Part shown: piece by piece, positions 50,123 to 63,667 of the stretch
Layout: each line of letters starts with the position of its first letter
Numbering within the stretch: the stretch's first letter is position 1
Assembly: GCA_976551045.1 (NCBI GenBank)
Contig: CDPCPM010000164.1
Span: forward strand, 6,696,001-6,760,000
DNA: 64,000 bases
Source of the DNA: Glaucostegus cemiculus
Taxonomy: Eukaryota
Direction: 5' to 3'
Made by a program: the position numbers and the translations under genes
The notes under the pieces: generated by a model
The model's input: the letters and a program-made list of their open reading frames with translations, nothing else
Database searches by the model: none
Told to the model about the DNA's origin: nothing

Positions 50123-50554
50123 CTGTAATAGAGTGAAATAATGTACAGCTGAGAGGAAATAGTGAGATTATCGAGTTACATTGAAGGATAGTTAGGACTT
50201 TTTTTAAGAAAACATTCATGGTCACCTTTTAAATAGCATCAGTCCACCCTGTGATTACTATATTCCCAAAATACATTGCTTGTAATAAAAATTCTTTGTA
50301 CTTCATTTTGCATTATTTTACACCTAATAAACCAATAAAACAAAGACAAATTTGTAGTTTACCCATTAGATACTGTGTGCTGAAATGACTGATGCTTTGA
50401 CATCATGTTGCTTATAGATGATACAATTCCTAATAAACTTATTTTTAGACATTTGATATTTTTATTAACAACCAAATTCTAAGTGCAGTGGGAAAAACAA
50501 AACTTTTTCCATCTTTCCTTACTATGTACTTGTAAGGAACTCCTCTGGAACACT

Positions 50555-51117
50555 GCTCTTTTTTAAATTCCAAAATTAACTTTATTCATCATTAAAAAAA
50601 AGCAAACCATATACAACAATTAAACAGTGCAAACCTTTACATTCGTGTACGGATCAATCATTACAAAGTTACCTTTTTATAATAAAAAAAACACAGCACC
50701 TATGCCACTTGTGTGGCTCCCTGGGGTGCTATACCAATCCCATATTTATAATATTTAAGGGGCTTCCTCACCTGACCCTGCCCCTCCCTCTCCAGTGGCA
50801 GGAGAACTCTAGACTGTAGTCCTTCCCCACCAAGCCCTTGTGTTGGCTGCACCCAGCTTCAGTGTACAGTGCACTCAGCACATACTCCTGCAGCCTGGAA
50901 ATGTGCCAGTCAGCAGCATTCCCCTTCAGACATCAAGCAGTGCTGGGAGACCAACAAGTTTCGGACAGACCAAAGGGTGTCTTTCAATGAGCTGATGACC
51001 TTCCAGCAGCAGTTGATGTCTGTCTCCGTGTGTGTCCCCGGGAACAGCCCATAGAGCAGAGAATCCTCTGTTAAACAGCTGCTGGGAATGAAATGTGACA
51101 AGGAACCTTGCATCTTT
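50555..51117 (-). mobile_element. Tx1/L1-clade LINE 3' end in a GPAM intron
   Basis: SLLYGLFPGTHTETDINCCWKVISSLKDTLWSVRNLLV; AATAAA and A-rich tail. Confidence 0.7.
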
Positions 51118-51647
51118 CACCACACCTTCCTTGCAAATTAGTCTATGTACACTGGCATTGCAGCAACACTTCACGAGGATGGTTGGTGTGGAAAGGAACT
51201 GAGCAACAATGATATTCTTTAAATATATGGAGATCAGCCATAGAAGCTTACAAGGTGAGGAGACAGTTACTAAGGTGGGTGTTTGAAGGGGCCATCCAAT
51301 TATTTTCATTCCTTTGGTATTTTCACGCAGCTCTGCAACCCCCTCCTTTAGGAATGAATTAATTAGGGGTTCTAAAATAATGAACGAAATTGACAAGGTC
51401 ATTAGCTAAGTCTCAACTATTGAATATCAGTAGTTTAATCCTGTAGTTTTCAGATTGACATAATAATGCTCCACCTGCCTACTAATAGGACCCCCAGGTT
51501 CTCCTGTACAAAGCTTGTATATTCTGTTTAACCAAGTGGCTTAATTAGAAGTTACATTGAAATAATCAAGTGATAACTGAAATGCCAAAGGATATCTTAA
51601 TGATCATCCAAGCCCAAATGCAAACAAAGATACGCTAAAGCGCTTAC

Positions 51648-51912
51648 CAAGTATTGCTTCTGTGAGAAAAACCTGGAAAATGCCATTGCTGTAGAAATTC
51701 AGCTCAAACAGGGCTGGAATTGTTGTGTTTGGTGCAATAAAGAATTCACTATTTCGCCGGGAGCTTCTGACATTGACGCAATCACCCAGTAAATGTAGGG
51801 CATGCATTACAACATCTTCAGAATTTCCAGAAAACCCCAGATCAAAATCCCGAGCCAGCACTACCTCCTTCATACAGAAAAAATCTTCTACTAACTTTGA
51901 TAAGTGGACACC
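51648..51912 (-). CDS. GPAM: GPAM exon
   Basis: ttcag|GGT..CTT G|gtaagc; 265 nt; GVHLSKLVEDFFCMKEVVLARDFDLGFSGNSEDVVMHALHLLG..ELNFYSNGIFQVFLTEAIL. Confidence 0.97.
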
Positions 51913-52707
51913 CTGAATAAAAAAAAGTGAAAGTAATGTCATACACATTCACTTTATAATATTCACTTTATATCAAGCATAATCACATTCACTTTTTACA
52001 ACTGCAATTATTGAGAAATTTTTGAGAATTATTAAGGGACATCGCTTATACTATTGCATTATTCAAATAGAATGTTGATTGCAAATACAAAAATCTTGGT
52101 CACTGTCTACAGCTCATGCTTCTTCCAAGTCAAACCAGGACATACACACAATGTACCCTCAGGAAGGGCACAAAGCCATTTTATAAAGGGATGCATGACC
52201 CCTGATCTTGTTTATTTTTCATTTGTTGTACTGTGACAGGAAAGACAAACTACACAGCAAATATTCAATTACCACTCAGGGCTAAACCAAATCCAAGTAA
52301 CTTAATGTCATTGTCTTCTCAAAGAACCATCATTATAACTATCTTAAGAAAATACTATTGAAAGATTGTGTTAGAATGAATTTATGGAAAAAAAAATTTC
52401 ATACATGCATAAGCTTTTTTTGAGAAATGTTGGGATTTGTTTCATGTAGCTGTCGTAAAATGTATTGCTGACTCCTTGCAACAAGCAGCCAGTGTGATGC
52501 AGTAAACCATTTGTTGCAAATTACTGGCAGCTCCTCATTATATTTTCATATGTTAAACAACTTTAAATTGGTCACTCCCACAAGCTCAAAGTGCAACTTT
52601 CATCTCCTTAAGCGCTGCAAAGAAACAAACACGAAGTAAATAATGCCTCTTTCACCGTGTTGTTACGTGCCAGCTTTAAAGGCAGCTCACAAATTCAGAA
52701 CTCTCAC

Positions 52708-52778
52708 CTCTCTGTGCCGGTAAAGCAGCAAACATGCAACAATGTGAGTGGACATCACAGCAGAACATCTACTGGCAG
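52708..52778 (-). CDS. GPAM: GPAM exon
   Basis: ttccag|CT..GAG|gtgaga; 71 nt; ASRCSAVMSTHIVACLLLYRHRE. Confidence 0.96.
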
Positions 52779-53394
52779 CTGGAATATAAAAATTAAATGA
52801 CAATAAACAACAAGACAACTTGTAGAAGACTCTGACAATTGATCAATTATATTATAGTTTTCCATGTTTTGCTAAAGCTTCCGTTTTGAAATAAACCAGA
52901 ATTTTGTAACCAAATGAAAGATTTGCTGGAATGGTGAAATATTACGACTCAAGATGTTTGCAAGTTTGATTACATTTCTTTCCTTAAGTTATTCACTTTC
53001 CCTCATGAAGGCAGCGACTCATGCTAGAACAAAGCAGGAATTAGCAGCTCTCGGATACCTTGATCAAATCTCCATTCCCAGTCTGAATTGAGACTGTACA
53101 TCAGTAGGCATCTTAACTGTGAAACTGCTGGGGAGTCGGGGGAGAGGTTGCATGTAGACTGCATGTCAGGGGGTAGGGAAAGTGCATGACCAGCTGAGCC
53201 TAATTCTGTCCACACACTTTACAGTATGACACTAACCTACAACAGGAAAGAAACACCAGAATGATATTTTCCCCCACTCTCTTGTCCATGACACTCAAGT
53301 ATACAAAACTTGCTGCTACTTTAATACAAGTTTGGAGAATATACTGGGAGTTACATAGAATTTGCAATGCAGAAACAGCCAATTCAACCCAATT

Positions 53395-54288
53395 AGAATC
53401 AGAATCAGTTTTTATTGTCACAACCATATACATACATAGTATGCATAGGAGCGAGATACCGTCTTCCTCAGGTGCTCGTCCCATAAAATAACATAACAAC
53501 CAACAGAGACACACATACACACTTGACAGAATAAACATTTCAAAACATTAGACATTAAAAGCTACGGAAGTTAAAATTAAATTAGTACACAGATTAAATT
53601 AAAAATAGCCGGTAAATAAATAAATAGTTATTAAAAAGTGAACGGGCTGGTGTCGGGCATTTAAAGTGCTGGTGCATTTCTGTGCACCTAGCATCTCTTA
53701 GTGTTAACAAAGGAAGATGGAGGGATGAGAGAGTTTGCAGTTCTGATGGCTTGCAGAAAGAAGCTATTGTTCAGCCTGGTCGTTCTTGCCCTGATACATT
53801 TAAGCCTCCTCCCTGATGGCAAAATTGTGAAGAGGTGGTGGGAGGGGTGAGAAGGGTCGGCCATTATGCTTTTGGTCTTCCTCACACAACGGTCTTTGTA
53901 TATGTCTGTGAGGGATGGAAGCGAGACACCTATGATCCACTCCGCAGCCCTAACTATCTTCTGGAGGGACTTCCGCCCAGCAGCTGAGCAGCTTCCAAAC
54001 CAAACAGTGATACATTGAGTTAGGATGCTCTCAATGGTCCCCCTATAGAAGGTTTTCATGACGGAGGGATGGGGGTACGCTTTCCTCAGTCTCCGCAGGA
54101 AGTAGAGGCGTTTCTGAGCTTTCTTCGTGAGGGCCGTAATGTTAGTGGACCAGGTCAGGTCGTCGGTGATGTGCACCCCCAGGAACTTGGTGCTGCGTAC
54201 TTGTTCCACAACAGTCCCGTTGATGGTCAGCGGGGCGTGCACACAGTGACCCCTCCTAAAATCCACTATCATCTCCTTGGTTTTATCC
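53395..54288 (-). mobile_element. Young Rex1/Babar LINE 3' copy in a GPAM intron
   Basis: 194-aa ORF differs from 30719-31645 at 12 positions; same 3'UTR and (ctgatt)n tail; 5'-truncated. Confidence 0.93.
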
Positions 54289-54616
54289 TATGTCAATGAC
54301 TATGTTCCACATGAAACTTCTCCTGTCCATCATCTAAACCCTACCTACATATCCTTCTATCGCTATCTACGTCATGCACATGTAGCTTTCAGTTGAAATC
54401 ACCTGTGTTATTTGTTTGAATTACCTCAAGCTGCACATTCAAGTTGAATTTGAAACCACTAACTAAAAGTCGGTAACTTCAGCCATTGCCTTAATTAATT
54501 TTTAATTGTATTGTTGATTTATAAAAATAGCATTATTTGTTTCACATAAAAGTGAATGCTGAATTTGAAAACAACCAAGAAAATTCACAATTTAAAAGGA
54601 TTCCACCCATACTTAC

Positions 54617-54732
54617 TGTACAGTGCATGTCTGGCTACATTGGAGATCAGCTGCCGCCTGTATTGTTCATCTGAGAAATCTCTGGAGATTACAACTGGAG
54701 CAAGATCTTGCTCAACGTGGTTGAGATCGGGT
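54617..54732 (-). CDS. GPAM: GPAM exon
   Basis: atatag|A CCC..TAC A|gtaagt; 116 nt; PDLNHVEQDLAPVVISRDFSDEQYRRQLISNVARHALY; phases fit both neighbours. Confidence 0.9.
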
Positions 54733-55380
54733 CTATATGGATAAAAGCAGAGCCGAATGAAACATTATCAGATTTTTAAAATTATAAAAGCCATTCAGAT
54801 ATATTAAAAATTATGAAAATATTGAAGTGCATACAGTTAAATATGATAAAAGGGACTCTAAAATTTTGTTTTAATTTGGCATTAATCCTTTGAGGTTTCT
54901 TTTTATTGGTGAAAAATTTCTTCCAGAAATTCAAAGAAAATGCAATCATAACAGAAATAAAGAAATGCTTTTAAAAAATTTCTTCACAAATTATTAACCA
55001 ATGCATCACAAGGTGAGATGCTGTGTGATAAGATTTTCCGTCAAAAAGCTATTGTTTCATGCTGCTGGTGGTGTGGGTTGGAAACTCATGTGGTGTAAAA
55101 TACTTCCTACAGTTGTTCCATCTGCAACCAGAATCAGAGACATCATGTGAATCTTGTATGCAAATCACTTAGGAACACATTATAGCTATGCAAACTTGCA
55201 CATGTGCAGTTTTTTTTTAAATGTGTGGAAACCCACCAATTTCTCAGGTGTTCACTGTTATAAGTGAAAGTTCTTGTAGGCCACTGCAAGTAATGACGCT
55301 CAAGCAAACCTCAGCTATTTGTTGCATAATAATTGCAAGTGCACTATGTGCTTCCCTCCCTTCACAAACCCAGTGCTTAC

Positions 55381-55466
55381 CCTTCTGTGATAATAGTTGG
55401 AAGAAGAATTTCTTCCAAGGAAAAGGTTGCAGGCAATGGACGGTTCCTCTGAGCATCAATGTATTC
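55381..55466 (-). CDS. GPAM: GPAM exon
   Basis: ctatag|GAA..GG|gtaagc; 86 nt; EYIDAQRNRPLPATFSLEEILLPTIITE. Confidence 0.92.
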
Positions 55467-56058
55467 CTATAGAAACAAAGATTACACTTTTGCATTACCA
55501 TCTTCACCTATGTTCTAAATCACTTTTAAGTGGTGAGTATTTACAATGGAGAATTGAGACATGAGTTTTGAAAGTGCCAATCAACAAGATGTTAAATAAT
55601 TACAAAAATAAGCTACGTTTTGTTTGACTATGAAGACAAACAAGGATTGACTCCAAAACCAACATATCAAATCTCCTCAAAGGAAAAGAAAAACAAAACT
55701 GGCTGATGAAGACATGGGGAATAATATTTAGGTGGAAGAGAGACTGACACTCCCACTGGATATTCAGAGGGCTCACAAGATACAAAAAAATTATGGGAAA
55801 TCAATGATCCATTCCGTGAAAGTAAAACAGTGACTTCTTACTGTGAATTCCAACATTAATTATTTGTCTTTTACATCACAAGACCCACTTTTACAAATCA
55901 AACCATATATTTGAACTACACTATTAAAGTGAATCATAATATAAACATTCAGTTAACTGGAAAGCACAAATCAGTCAGTGAAATGATTAGTTTGATAGTA
56001 TTGAATAGGTTAAGGCTCTAAGTGCGAAAGTCAAGAGATTTTCAGTTTTGTCACTCAC

Positions 56059-56172
56059 CTTAACAGAAAACGGCTGCCCAAAGTCGACTCGGACGCAGCC
56101 AAAGTTCTTGCGAAGCATTCTGAAGACTCCTTGTGCAACACCCCAAAGGCTTTCTTTCTTCTTGGGCTTCCC
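56059..56172 (-). CDS. GPAM: GPAM exon
   Basis: ttctag|GGG..AAG|gtgagt; 114 nt; GKPKKKESLWGVAQGVFRMLRKNFGCVRVDFGQPFSVK. Confidence 0.96.
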
Positions 56173-56841
56173 CTAGAAAATAGCATCTTTCAGCATTACT
56201 TCATTAATTTTAGTACTGAACCAGTGACTGAACTTTTTAGGTTAAAGATCACTAAAGTCTGCTTGTCACAAAAATAAGGTGTTAGATATTGTTAAGTACT
56301 CCAAATAAAAGTCAATACAAAGAGAAGAAATTATGTTAAATTATTGCTGTGTATATTGCCCTCAATGGTTATTAAGATGAGGCAGTTCCAGGATCTTCCA
56401 TTCATTTAAACAAAACATAAAATGTCAAAAGCACTGAGCAGGTTAAGTAGCATCTATAGAGGGAATCAATATTTCCGGTCAATAAGCTTTCGACAGAACT
56501 GGAAAAATGAGAAGATGCACGTTTATAGTTGCAAAGAGGGGTAGGGATGGAGAAGATATATATGTGATAGGGCACAGACCAAGGATGTCCAGGTTACACA
56601 AACTTTAATGAGTCAAGAAAACAACTCATCACCACTTTTTCAGTGTTATGTGAGAGATCAGCAATTAAAGTTAATCTTGCCAGTGATCTACATATCCCAT
56701 GAATGAGTAAGAAGAAAACTAAATAAGCAGCACTCCTATTTCCAGACTTTCTACAGTATTGCAAAACAAACATAATTCAGAGAATGCAACAGGACATGTG
56801 CCTATCATTAAAAGAGAATTAATGTTAGAAATGTTACCCAC

Positions 56842-57054
56842 CAGCTGTTCACTGTTGTAATTGCCTTCAATGATCCGGTCATAGGAAATTCCCACTGGAA
56901 TAATCATGACATCAGTAACAATATTCTCATACAGGCTGTCAATCACAATAGAAAGAAGTCCTGTCATGGCCATATATGGTTTACCACTGCGAGACCGGGT
57001 GCCTTCCACGAATATTTCCATAAACTGCCGCTGACGCAGAAGTTCCTCAATGTA
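56842..57054 (-). CDS. GPAM: GPAM exon with motifs III (FVEGTRSR) and IV (IIPVGISY)
   Basis: tgacag|TAC..CTG|gtgggt; 213 nt; YIEELLRQRQFMEIFVEGTRSRSGKPYMAMTGLLSIVIDSLYENIVTDVMIIPVGISYDRIIEGNYNSEQL. Confidence 0.97.
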
Positions 57055-57633
57055 CTGTCAAATGGAATAGATATCACTCGTGTAAAAATTAAACAGTCAT
57101 GCCATTATTTACTGGTATCCTATTAACTGACTGTCCAACTAACTTCTTCCACCATCCAGTTTTGAACATCTAACTTGACCTAATCGATTTTAAAAAAGAA
57201 CTGTCACTATCAGCACTCGTCTACTAGTACATTTACATTGACCAGTGGAATGCAGTACAGACTCATGAAAACTCAGAGTTAGAAAGAAATAAGCAGCAAA
57301 TGTATACTGATAAATAAAATTAAAAAGTTATTGTGATCCAATGAATTGCCCAGCATCATCTTAAACACAGCTTCTCATTAGACTCATTCAATGAGACAGA
57401 ATATAAAGTAATGCCTCCAGAAGGCTATATAATGACACAGATGTAAAACTACTATGCAACATAAAGGAATGAGTACCATACAAGTGTAAAACTGTTTCAC
57501 CTGAGATTGAAACAAGTGAACCTGTGATACCTAAAACTAAAGACCAAGCAACTGTCTGCCTGCAAAAGGTGTGCACTGGCAATGTTTCCAAAAGTTTGCT
57601 TCCAGTCTCCCAACTCGTCCCACCACAACCTAC

Positions 57634-57733
57634 CACACGCAGGACAGATCTATACAGAATATCCTTCCTTCCATCTGCACCAGTATCCAATTTTCGACGA
57701 ATGAAGAAACCACCAAGTTTTCTTATGAGCGTG
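57634..57733 (-). CDS. GPAM: GPAM exon with motif II (GGFFIRR)
   Basis: tttacag|C..GTG|gtaggt; 100 nt; TLIRKLGGFFIRRKLDTGADGRKDILYRSVLRV. Confidence 0.97.
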
Positions 57734-57989
57734 CTGTAAAACCAACACATAACATGTTAAAATACCATGGCCATTATCTGTTCTATTGTACAAAGTCAGA
57801 GATCATTTTCATAACTGCCAGTGACAATTACAATAAAATGTAATCTGTCTGCAACTTCAATTTTTTTTAAGGTTTTGATCTTAAAACTGCTGAGCTGGCC
57901 CAAGCAGGGAGTAAATTCATAACTCAACTTCCTCCATTCAATCCAGAATCACGCAATAGATCTGTTATGTGATGTTTGGTGGCAAATGG

Positions 57990-58212
57990 AATTAAAACAG
58001 AAAATGCTGGAAACACTGAGAAGTCAGGCAGTGTTGTGGAAAGTGAAACAGAAGTAACTTTACAGGTCTGGGACACAGTGAACACTGATGTGTTTTCTCT
58101 TTTCCCAATTCTGACAAAAGATCTTGGACCTGAAACATTTCTCTTTCCACAGATGCTGCCTGACCTGCCGAGTATTTCCAGCATTTTGTCTTTGTTTCAG
58201 ATTTCCAGCATC
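57990..58212. mobile_element. Penelope-derived fold-back unit in a GPAM intron
   Basis: aaaatgctggaaacactgagaagtcaggcag and ctgcctgacctgccgagtatttccagcatttt inverted arms. Confidence 0.7.
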
Positions 58213-58584
58213 AAGTTTAGGTCACATCAATCAAAGGCTTATTAATTCCAATTTCATGTTCTTTTCTCACATTGTCTTACTGTCTTGTTTGCTAATTAAG
58301 TACTTATCTACATTTTAACTACCAATTGATTCTGCACCCATAGTTATCTAAGACAAGAGATTTCACAATCACACATGCATTTGATTGAATATTTGTTTTC
58401 TGTAGTAATCAAAAATAGTATAAAAATAGAAGTGAATCTTATAGTGAATAAAATAGAGTTTCACTGGGTTTGTGAAAGTATTGTTTAATTACAGAAAAGC
58501 ACAACCAAAAATACAGGAGCTGATACATTTGCATTTAGAAGGGACTTGGATAAAGAGAAACAGACTTTACTTCATTCCACTCAC

Positions 58585-58721
58585 CTGAAAATGGGGATAT
58601 TCAGATTATTTCCAGCAGCAATGTGGGGTGCTTTGATGTTATGACAGAAGAGAATGAATGTAAGCAGCAGGTAGTCAATGTGAGATTTGTGAACTGGTAG
58701 AAAGATCAGTGGTACATTCTG
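58585..58721 (-). CDS. GPAM: GPAM exon with catalytic HxxxxD motif I
   Basis: tacag|CAG..TTC AG|gtgagt; 137 nt; QNVPLIFLPVHKSHIDYLLLTFILFCHNIKAPHIAAGNNLNIPIF. Confidence 0.97.
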
Positions 58722-61611
58722 CTGTAGAGAAGGCAAAAAAGCAAAAGTTCAATGGAAACATAAACTATTGTTTGAGGAATGCACAAGTTCCTTCCAACAT
58801 CTGTCTGAAACTTTTCCAAATGAAGTGACAATCAAGTTGAAGAGAAGAACCCCTTTCATTTTGCTCCATATTTGCATTACGCATTCTAAACATTAATATA
58901 AAACAAGCATTGAAATCAGTATTGTATCCTACTTATTTTAACTATCTAATGCATAAGCTTTCAGTACCCCAATTGTTCAACAATAACATGTATGTCTATA
59001 ACATGTAGTCATAAATAGATAAATTGTATTGCAAAATATCTGAGATGATTTCATTTTATTATCTCAGCTTAGCATTCACATGAATAATACCATTTTCTGA
59101 ATTCCTTTCACTTGCTCAATATCAAATATTCACCATTTAACATTCTTTTTTAAACTTACAGTACAGTCATCGTATAGCATAACATAGCAATGATAAATCT
59201 CATTAATCAATATAAAATTGAAATTTAAGAGTCAGATCAACCACGTACAAACAATGGGTGTAAAGATCTCTGCTCAGCAGCAATGATGCTAATTTGAAGG
59301 AAGAAAAAGCAAATTAAATGAATGTGATTTTAATCAGAAACAGAGTCGAAAGATAATTTAATCTTATGAGTTCAGATGATTGCAACAAGACATTCAAACT
59401 CTTGTGCTCAATTTATTAAGGTTAGTTAAAAGCTGAATTAGATAGGAATGTTAAACAACTACCAGAATCCAATGTTCTAAATTTAACTCACACTAACAAA
59501 AAAAATTAACCATCTCTTATCTCCCTAATGACTGGAACAAAATTAATGCATAATTTAACAGGTGATCTAGGTACAGAAGGAAAAAAATCATCATTCTATG
59601 CCAGGAGCCCTAGGGACCAGCTGGTACACGATTTTGTCTGCTCAACTTTTGTGATGCCTTAACCAAACCTGTCATAAGTTAAAAATAAACAATTACATTT
59701 TTTATTTTGTAGCTTATTATAAGATAATTTATTTTACTTCAAAGCAATTCAGTGTACATGGTCCTGTTCCAAGGTACCACAAATGAAGACAATGCCACTA
59801 ATCTGCCAAGAATACAGTTTAGTCAGACAGCTACATAAATTTAAATTTCTCAGTCTAAGGGCAGTATGCTTGCTCTCCTCTTCCACCAGCCCTACAATTC
59901 TGCACCACCACCCACCCCAGATAAAAATGGGGATTAACTTCATTCAATTGACAGTATCCCCTGCCTCACTGCTTATTCTTGGTTGGCAATGATCTGTCCT
60001 TGGCAGCAATGAAACTGCATTCCACAGATAAACTTCCAAATAAAAAATGTCAATCTAATGAAACAAAATAAAAGATCTAATACAGGCAACCCCTACATTA
60101 CGGGAGGGGCTTGTGTTCTTAGAAAATTATCCATATAGCAATCTTCCGTAATACAAAGATGTGTCATTCGCACATGCATCTAGAAACGCGAGTTGAAGAA
60201 AAATAAATTTTGTGATTACTTATTTTCTTCAATTAAATTTCACAAGTGCATGTTTTATTCTGTATCCCAAATATTGGAGCAGTGATTTGTGAATTCCATA
60301 AGGATGAATATCCGTAACTCAAACAGTCGTAATGCAAGAGTCTCCTGTACTTTGATGATGTGCCCACTCAGACAATGGACTCTTATATTGAGAATGCAAT
60401 GAGATGTGGAAGGGGATTGGGTGGGGATGGTGGGCATGGCATTCAGTATCTTGTAAAACTTCAACAATCCAGCACCCTTGGATTTTGATGGTGACAGCAT
60501 ATTCTGGTCTAAAAAAATCAAATACATGTGGTGGAAATCAAAATAAAATAGAAAGTGGTGGAAACACCCAACAGGTCAGCCAGTATCTGTGGGAAAAGCA
60601 GTAGTAAAATTTCCGGGTCTGGAAGTCTTCATCAGTTCTAATGAGTGTGTTGATCTGCGGATAACAGGTCCATGAATAACATACAGAAAAATGAGCCAGA
60701 AAGCTGAACCATCAGGATTTCCAAATAAACAGAGACTATTATTAGAGTTTTAATGTACAGACTGATTTTGTAGTTCTTTTAATTCTCTGGGAAGCCTTTC
60801 TATTTTCAGTGAGACCAGTAAGTGGAAGTATTGCTCAATGAAGGCTGCAAAGAAACAAGACAGGGAGAGCAGTCTGGTTCAGTTCCATGCCGTACAAGCA
60901 TACCCCATGCCAACTGATAGCAAAATAACACCAGAGGCAGATAAGGAGACTTGGGCCTCCACTGTCATATCCTCCAGAACTACAATTGGTGCAATTTAAA
61001 AGGAAGCATTTAAATAAAGAGGCCATGCAAGAAACTGAGCAAGTTTCTCTCACCAAGAAAGCCTTTTATTTCTGCTACTTACTTAATTGTTGTTATTTCA
61101 TAACACTGGCTTCCATCCAGATTAGCACCAGATAAAAAGTATTTAGGTCATGTGCATGCCCTGTCAGCTCTATTCCACAGCTATAATTCTCTCCACTCTC
61201 AGCTATTAAAACAATATTTGTAAACTGTTTCCAATCATCACCAAGGTTAAGCAATCATTTGTGCAGCATTGTTAAACTTTATACTACTGAAAAGTGAACT
61301 TTGGCTGCTGGTTAAGTTATTTGGGAGTGATTTTATTTTGTTCACTCTCAGTGGTTGTCAAGTGTTATAGCACTGTCAGTGTAATCTGAACAATAGCATG
61401 CTAAAAGTTAATTCCCCATAGAGCAAGTGAGCAATAGCAAACAATTCATCAGGAGTCAGTCAGCAGGATCCAGGTGTTTCCCAACGAAACAAATTAGTCT
61501 AATCACAGTTGCTCTTCTCTTAGCAACTGACTCTAAAGCAAGGGAAGCAGATGTAATGGCCTATTCCAAGCATGTTGCACTTCATTAAGTTGCTTATTTT
61601 TAATTGCTTAC

Positions 61612-61711
61612 CTCTGCAGCAGCTTTCTTAACCATCTCAAGCTGCCCTTTGTGAATCTGTATGCTCCAAAAGAAGCCATTGAATAGCTTCAGTAGTACCC
61701 AACCTGTCAGT
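61612..61711 (-). CDS. GPAM: GPAM coding exon (first in window; 5' exons outside window)
   Basis: ttcttag|A CTG ACA GGT..GCA GAG|gtaag; 100 nt; LTGWVLLKLFNGFFWSIQIHKGQLEMVKKAAAE matches vertebrate GPAT1. Confidence 0.95.
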
Positions 61712-63149
61712 CTAAGAAAACAAGGTTGTGGATATTTAAACAAATGTTTAAGGTATATAGCTTAAACTTTGTATTTCTATTTCTTTACTGCACACAAACT
61801 GAAGCCAAATGTCTAGGGGTATGGCAATGACTTTGGTGATTGAGAGTCAATAAGATTTTTAAAAATGACATAAAGAACACTTTACACTGAAAAATGTAAC
61901 AAGAGCCAAAACAAAGAATGTCAACCCGCCAGCATTCCACATTTTATTTTTAATTCATTCTTTGCCAAATGCTTCACTAGCACAGTCAGCATTTATTACC
62001 TATACCTGACTGCCTTCGAGTTGATGGTGATCAGCCAGCTTCTTGAGCCTGTATTGGAGCAGCAGTTCAGGATTTTGAATTGTTAACAATTAATATTCAT
62101 TGTACTTTATCCATCCTATTTTCTTTTGCATATTACATACTGAATCATGCACCTGGAGATCGTGCTGTCTAATGTTGACAGTTCTATTTAGAACCACTGA
62201 CATTTAGTCATTTAACATGACAGTAGGTTCTTAACTTTATACATGTGGTGTCCCAGATTAAAAGACAAGAAGTACCTTCCTATAAAAGCATTATGATAAA
62301 CTGAAATAATTTAAGTACTTGTGTGCTTTTAAATAATATTTTATTTAAGAACGTAATTACTTTAATTTTAATAGCTTTCACATGTATCAAGATGTCAGAC
62401 TGTTTTAAAAACTTACATTATTCTCAGCTTTTACAGCTGGCAAAGTGGTGGCAAGGTTTCCTGGTTGTCAAAGGTTTCAGTGGCATTTTGGTTTTAATGT
62501 TTGTAATTATAAACAATTTTATGAATCTAAATGCCAATATATTGTCAATAAGAAATGAATTATGGATAACTGAATTCTTCTGTCTTCTAGCTAGTTGATG
62601 AGTGAGATTAAAAAGCCAGAAATGGGAATAAAATAAATGTGAACACCAGATATATTGCCACCTACCAAAACATAGCTAGGGTTTAGACTGTTAATGATGA
62701 CAGTTATTGTTAACATCATTTGATGTGTTGAGCATAAAATGCATATATTTGACATTTATTATTCCAATACAAGTTAAATCCACAAGTAAATAATAACAGC
62801 TAACAATATGCCTGATAAAAAAATGCCACCACACATTAAAACGCAGTCATAATAATATAAACCAACTAATGAAATAGTAAAATACTAAAATATTATCAAT
62901 AAGAGAAAGAAAATATTATTAATACCTAGAACTAGCAAATATGAATAGTACCTGAGACTTAGTTGTGTTATTTTGCTCTCTCAGGTAACTAATCAGAAGA
63001 GTGTATAACGTTGTGCAATTAGGATTATCTGTTCCATTCATCTTATTTTGCTAATATCGCAATTTTCTGCAAATTTTGTCAAAATAGCCTTCCACGTAGC
63101 AAGTGAGGAAGGGAAGATGTGGTGGGAGTGCTGGTGCTTAGAAAGAAGA

Positions 63150-63667
63150 AACTGATTGTGCACAGTTCTGGTTGCCACATTATAAGAAGGAAGTAGTTGC
63201 ACTGGAGAGAATGCAGAATAGATTAGTCAGGATGTTGACTGGATTCGAGGTCTTTAGTTATGGCAAGTGACTGGGTCGGCTGGAGTTCTTTTCCCATCAG
63301 TGAGAGAGGCTGAGGAGTGCCGTGACAGGTGAATAAAACTATAAGAGGCACAGATAGAGTAGATAATCAGAGTCCTTTTCCCAAGGTAGATGTATGGAAA
63401 ACAGAGGGCACCCATTTAAGGTGAGACAAAGCTGTTTTGAAGGGGATTTAAAGAGAAAGGTTTTTCTACACAAAGAGTGATTAATATCTGGAACTCGCTG
63501 CCAGAGGAGGTGATGGATTCAGATGCAATCACTATATTTCACAGTGACATTTAGACAGGTACTTAAATAGGCAAGGCACAGAAGGGTGCGGGCAAATGAA
63601 GTTAGTGCAGATGGGCAAAAAGATCGGCATGGATGTGTTTCTGTGCTTATAACTCTATGACTCCATA
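63150..63667 (+). mobile_element. CR1-type LINE 3' end in a GPAM intron
   Basis: ALERMQNRLVRML..TRGHPFKV..FFYTKRVINIWNSLPEEV remnants; tail aactctatgactccat. Confidence 0.8.
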
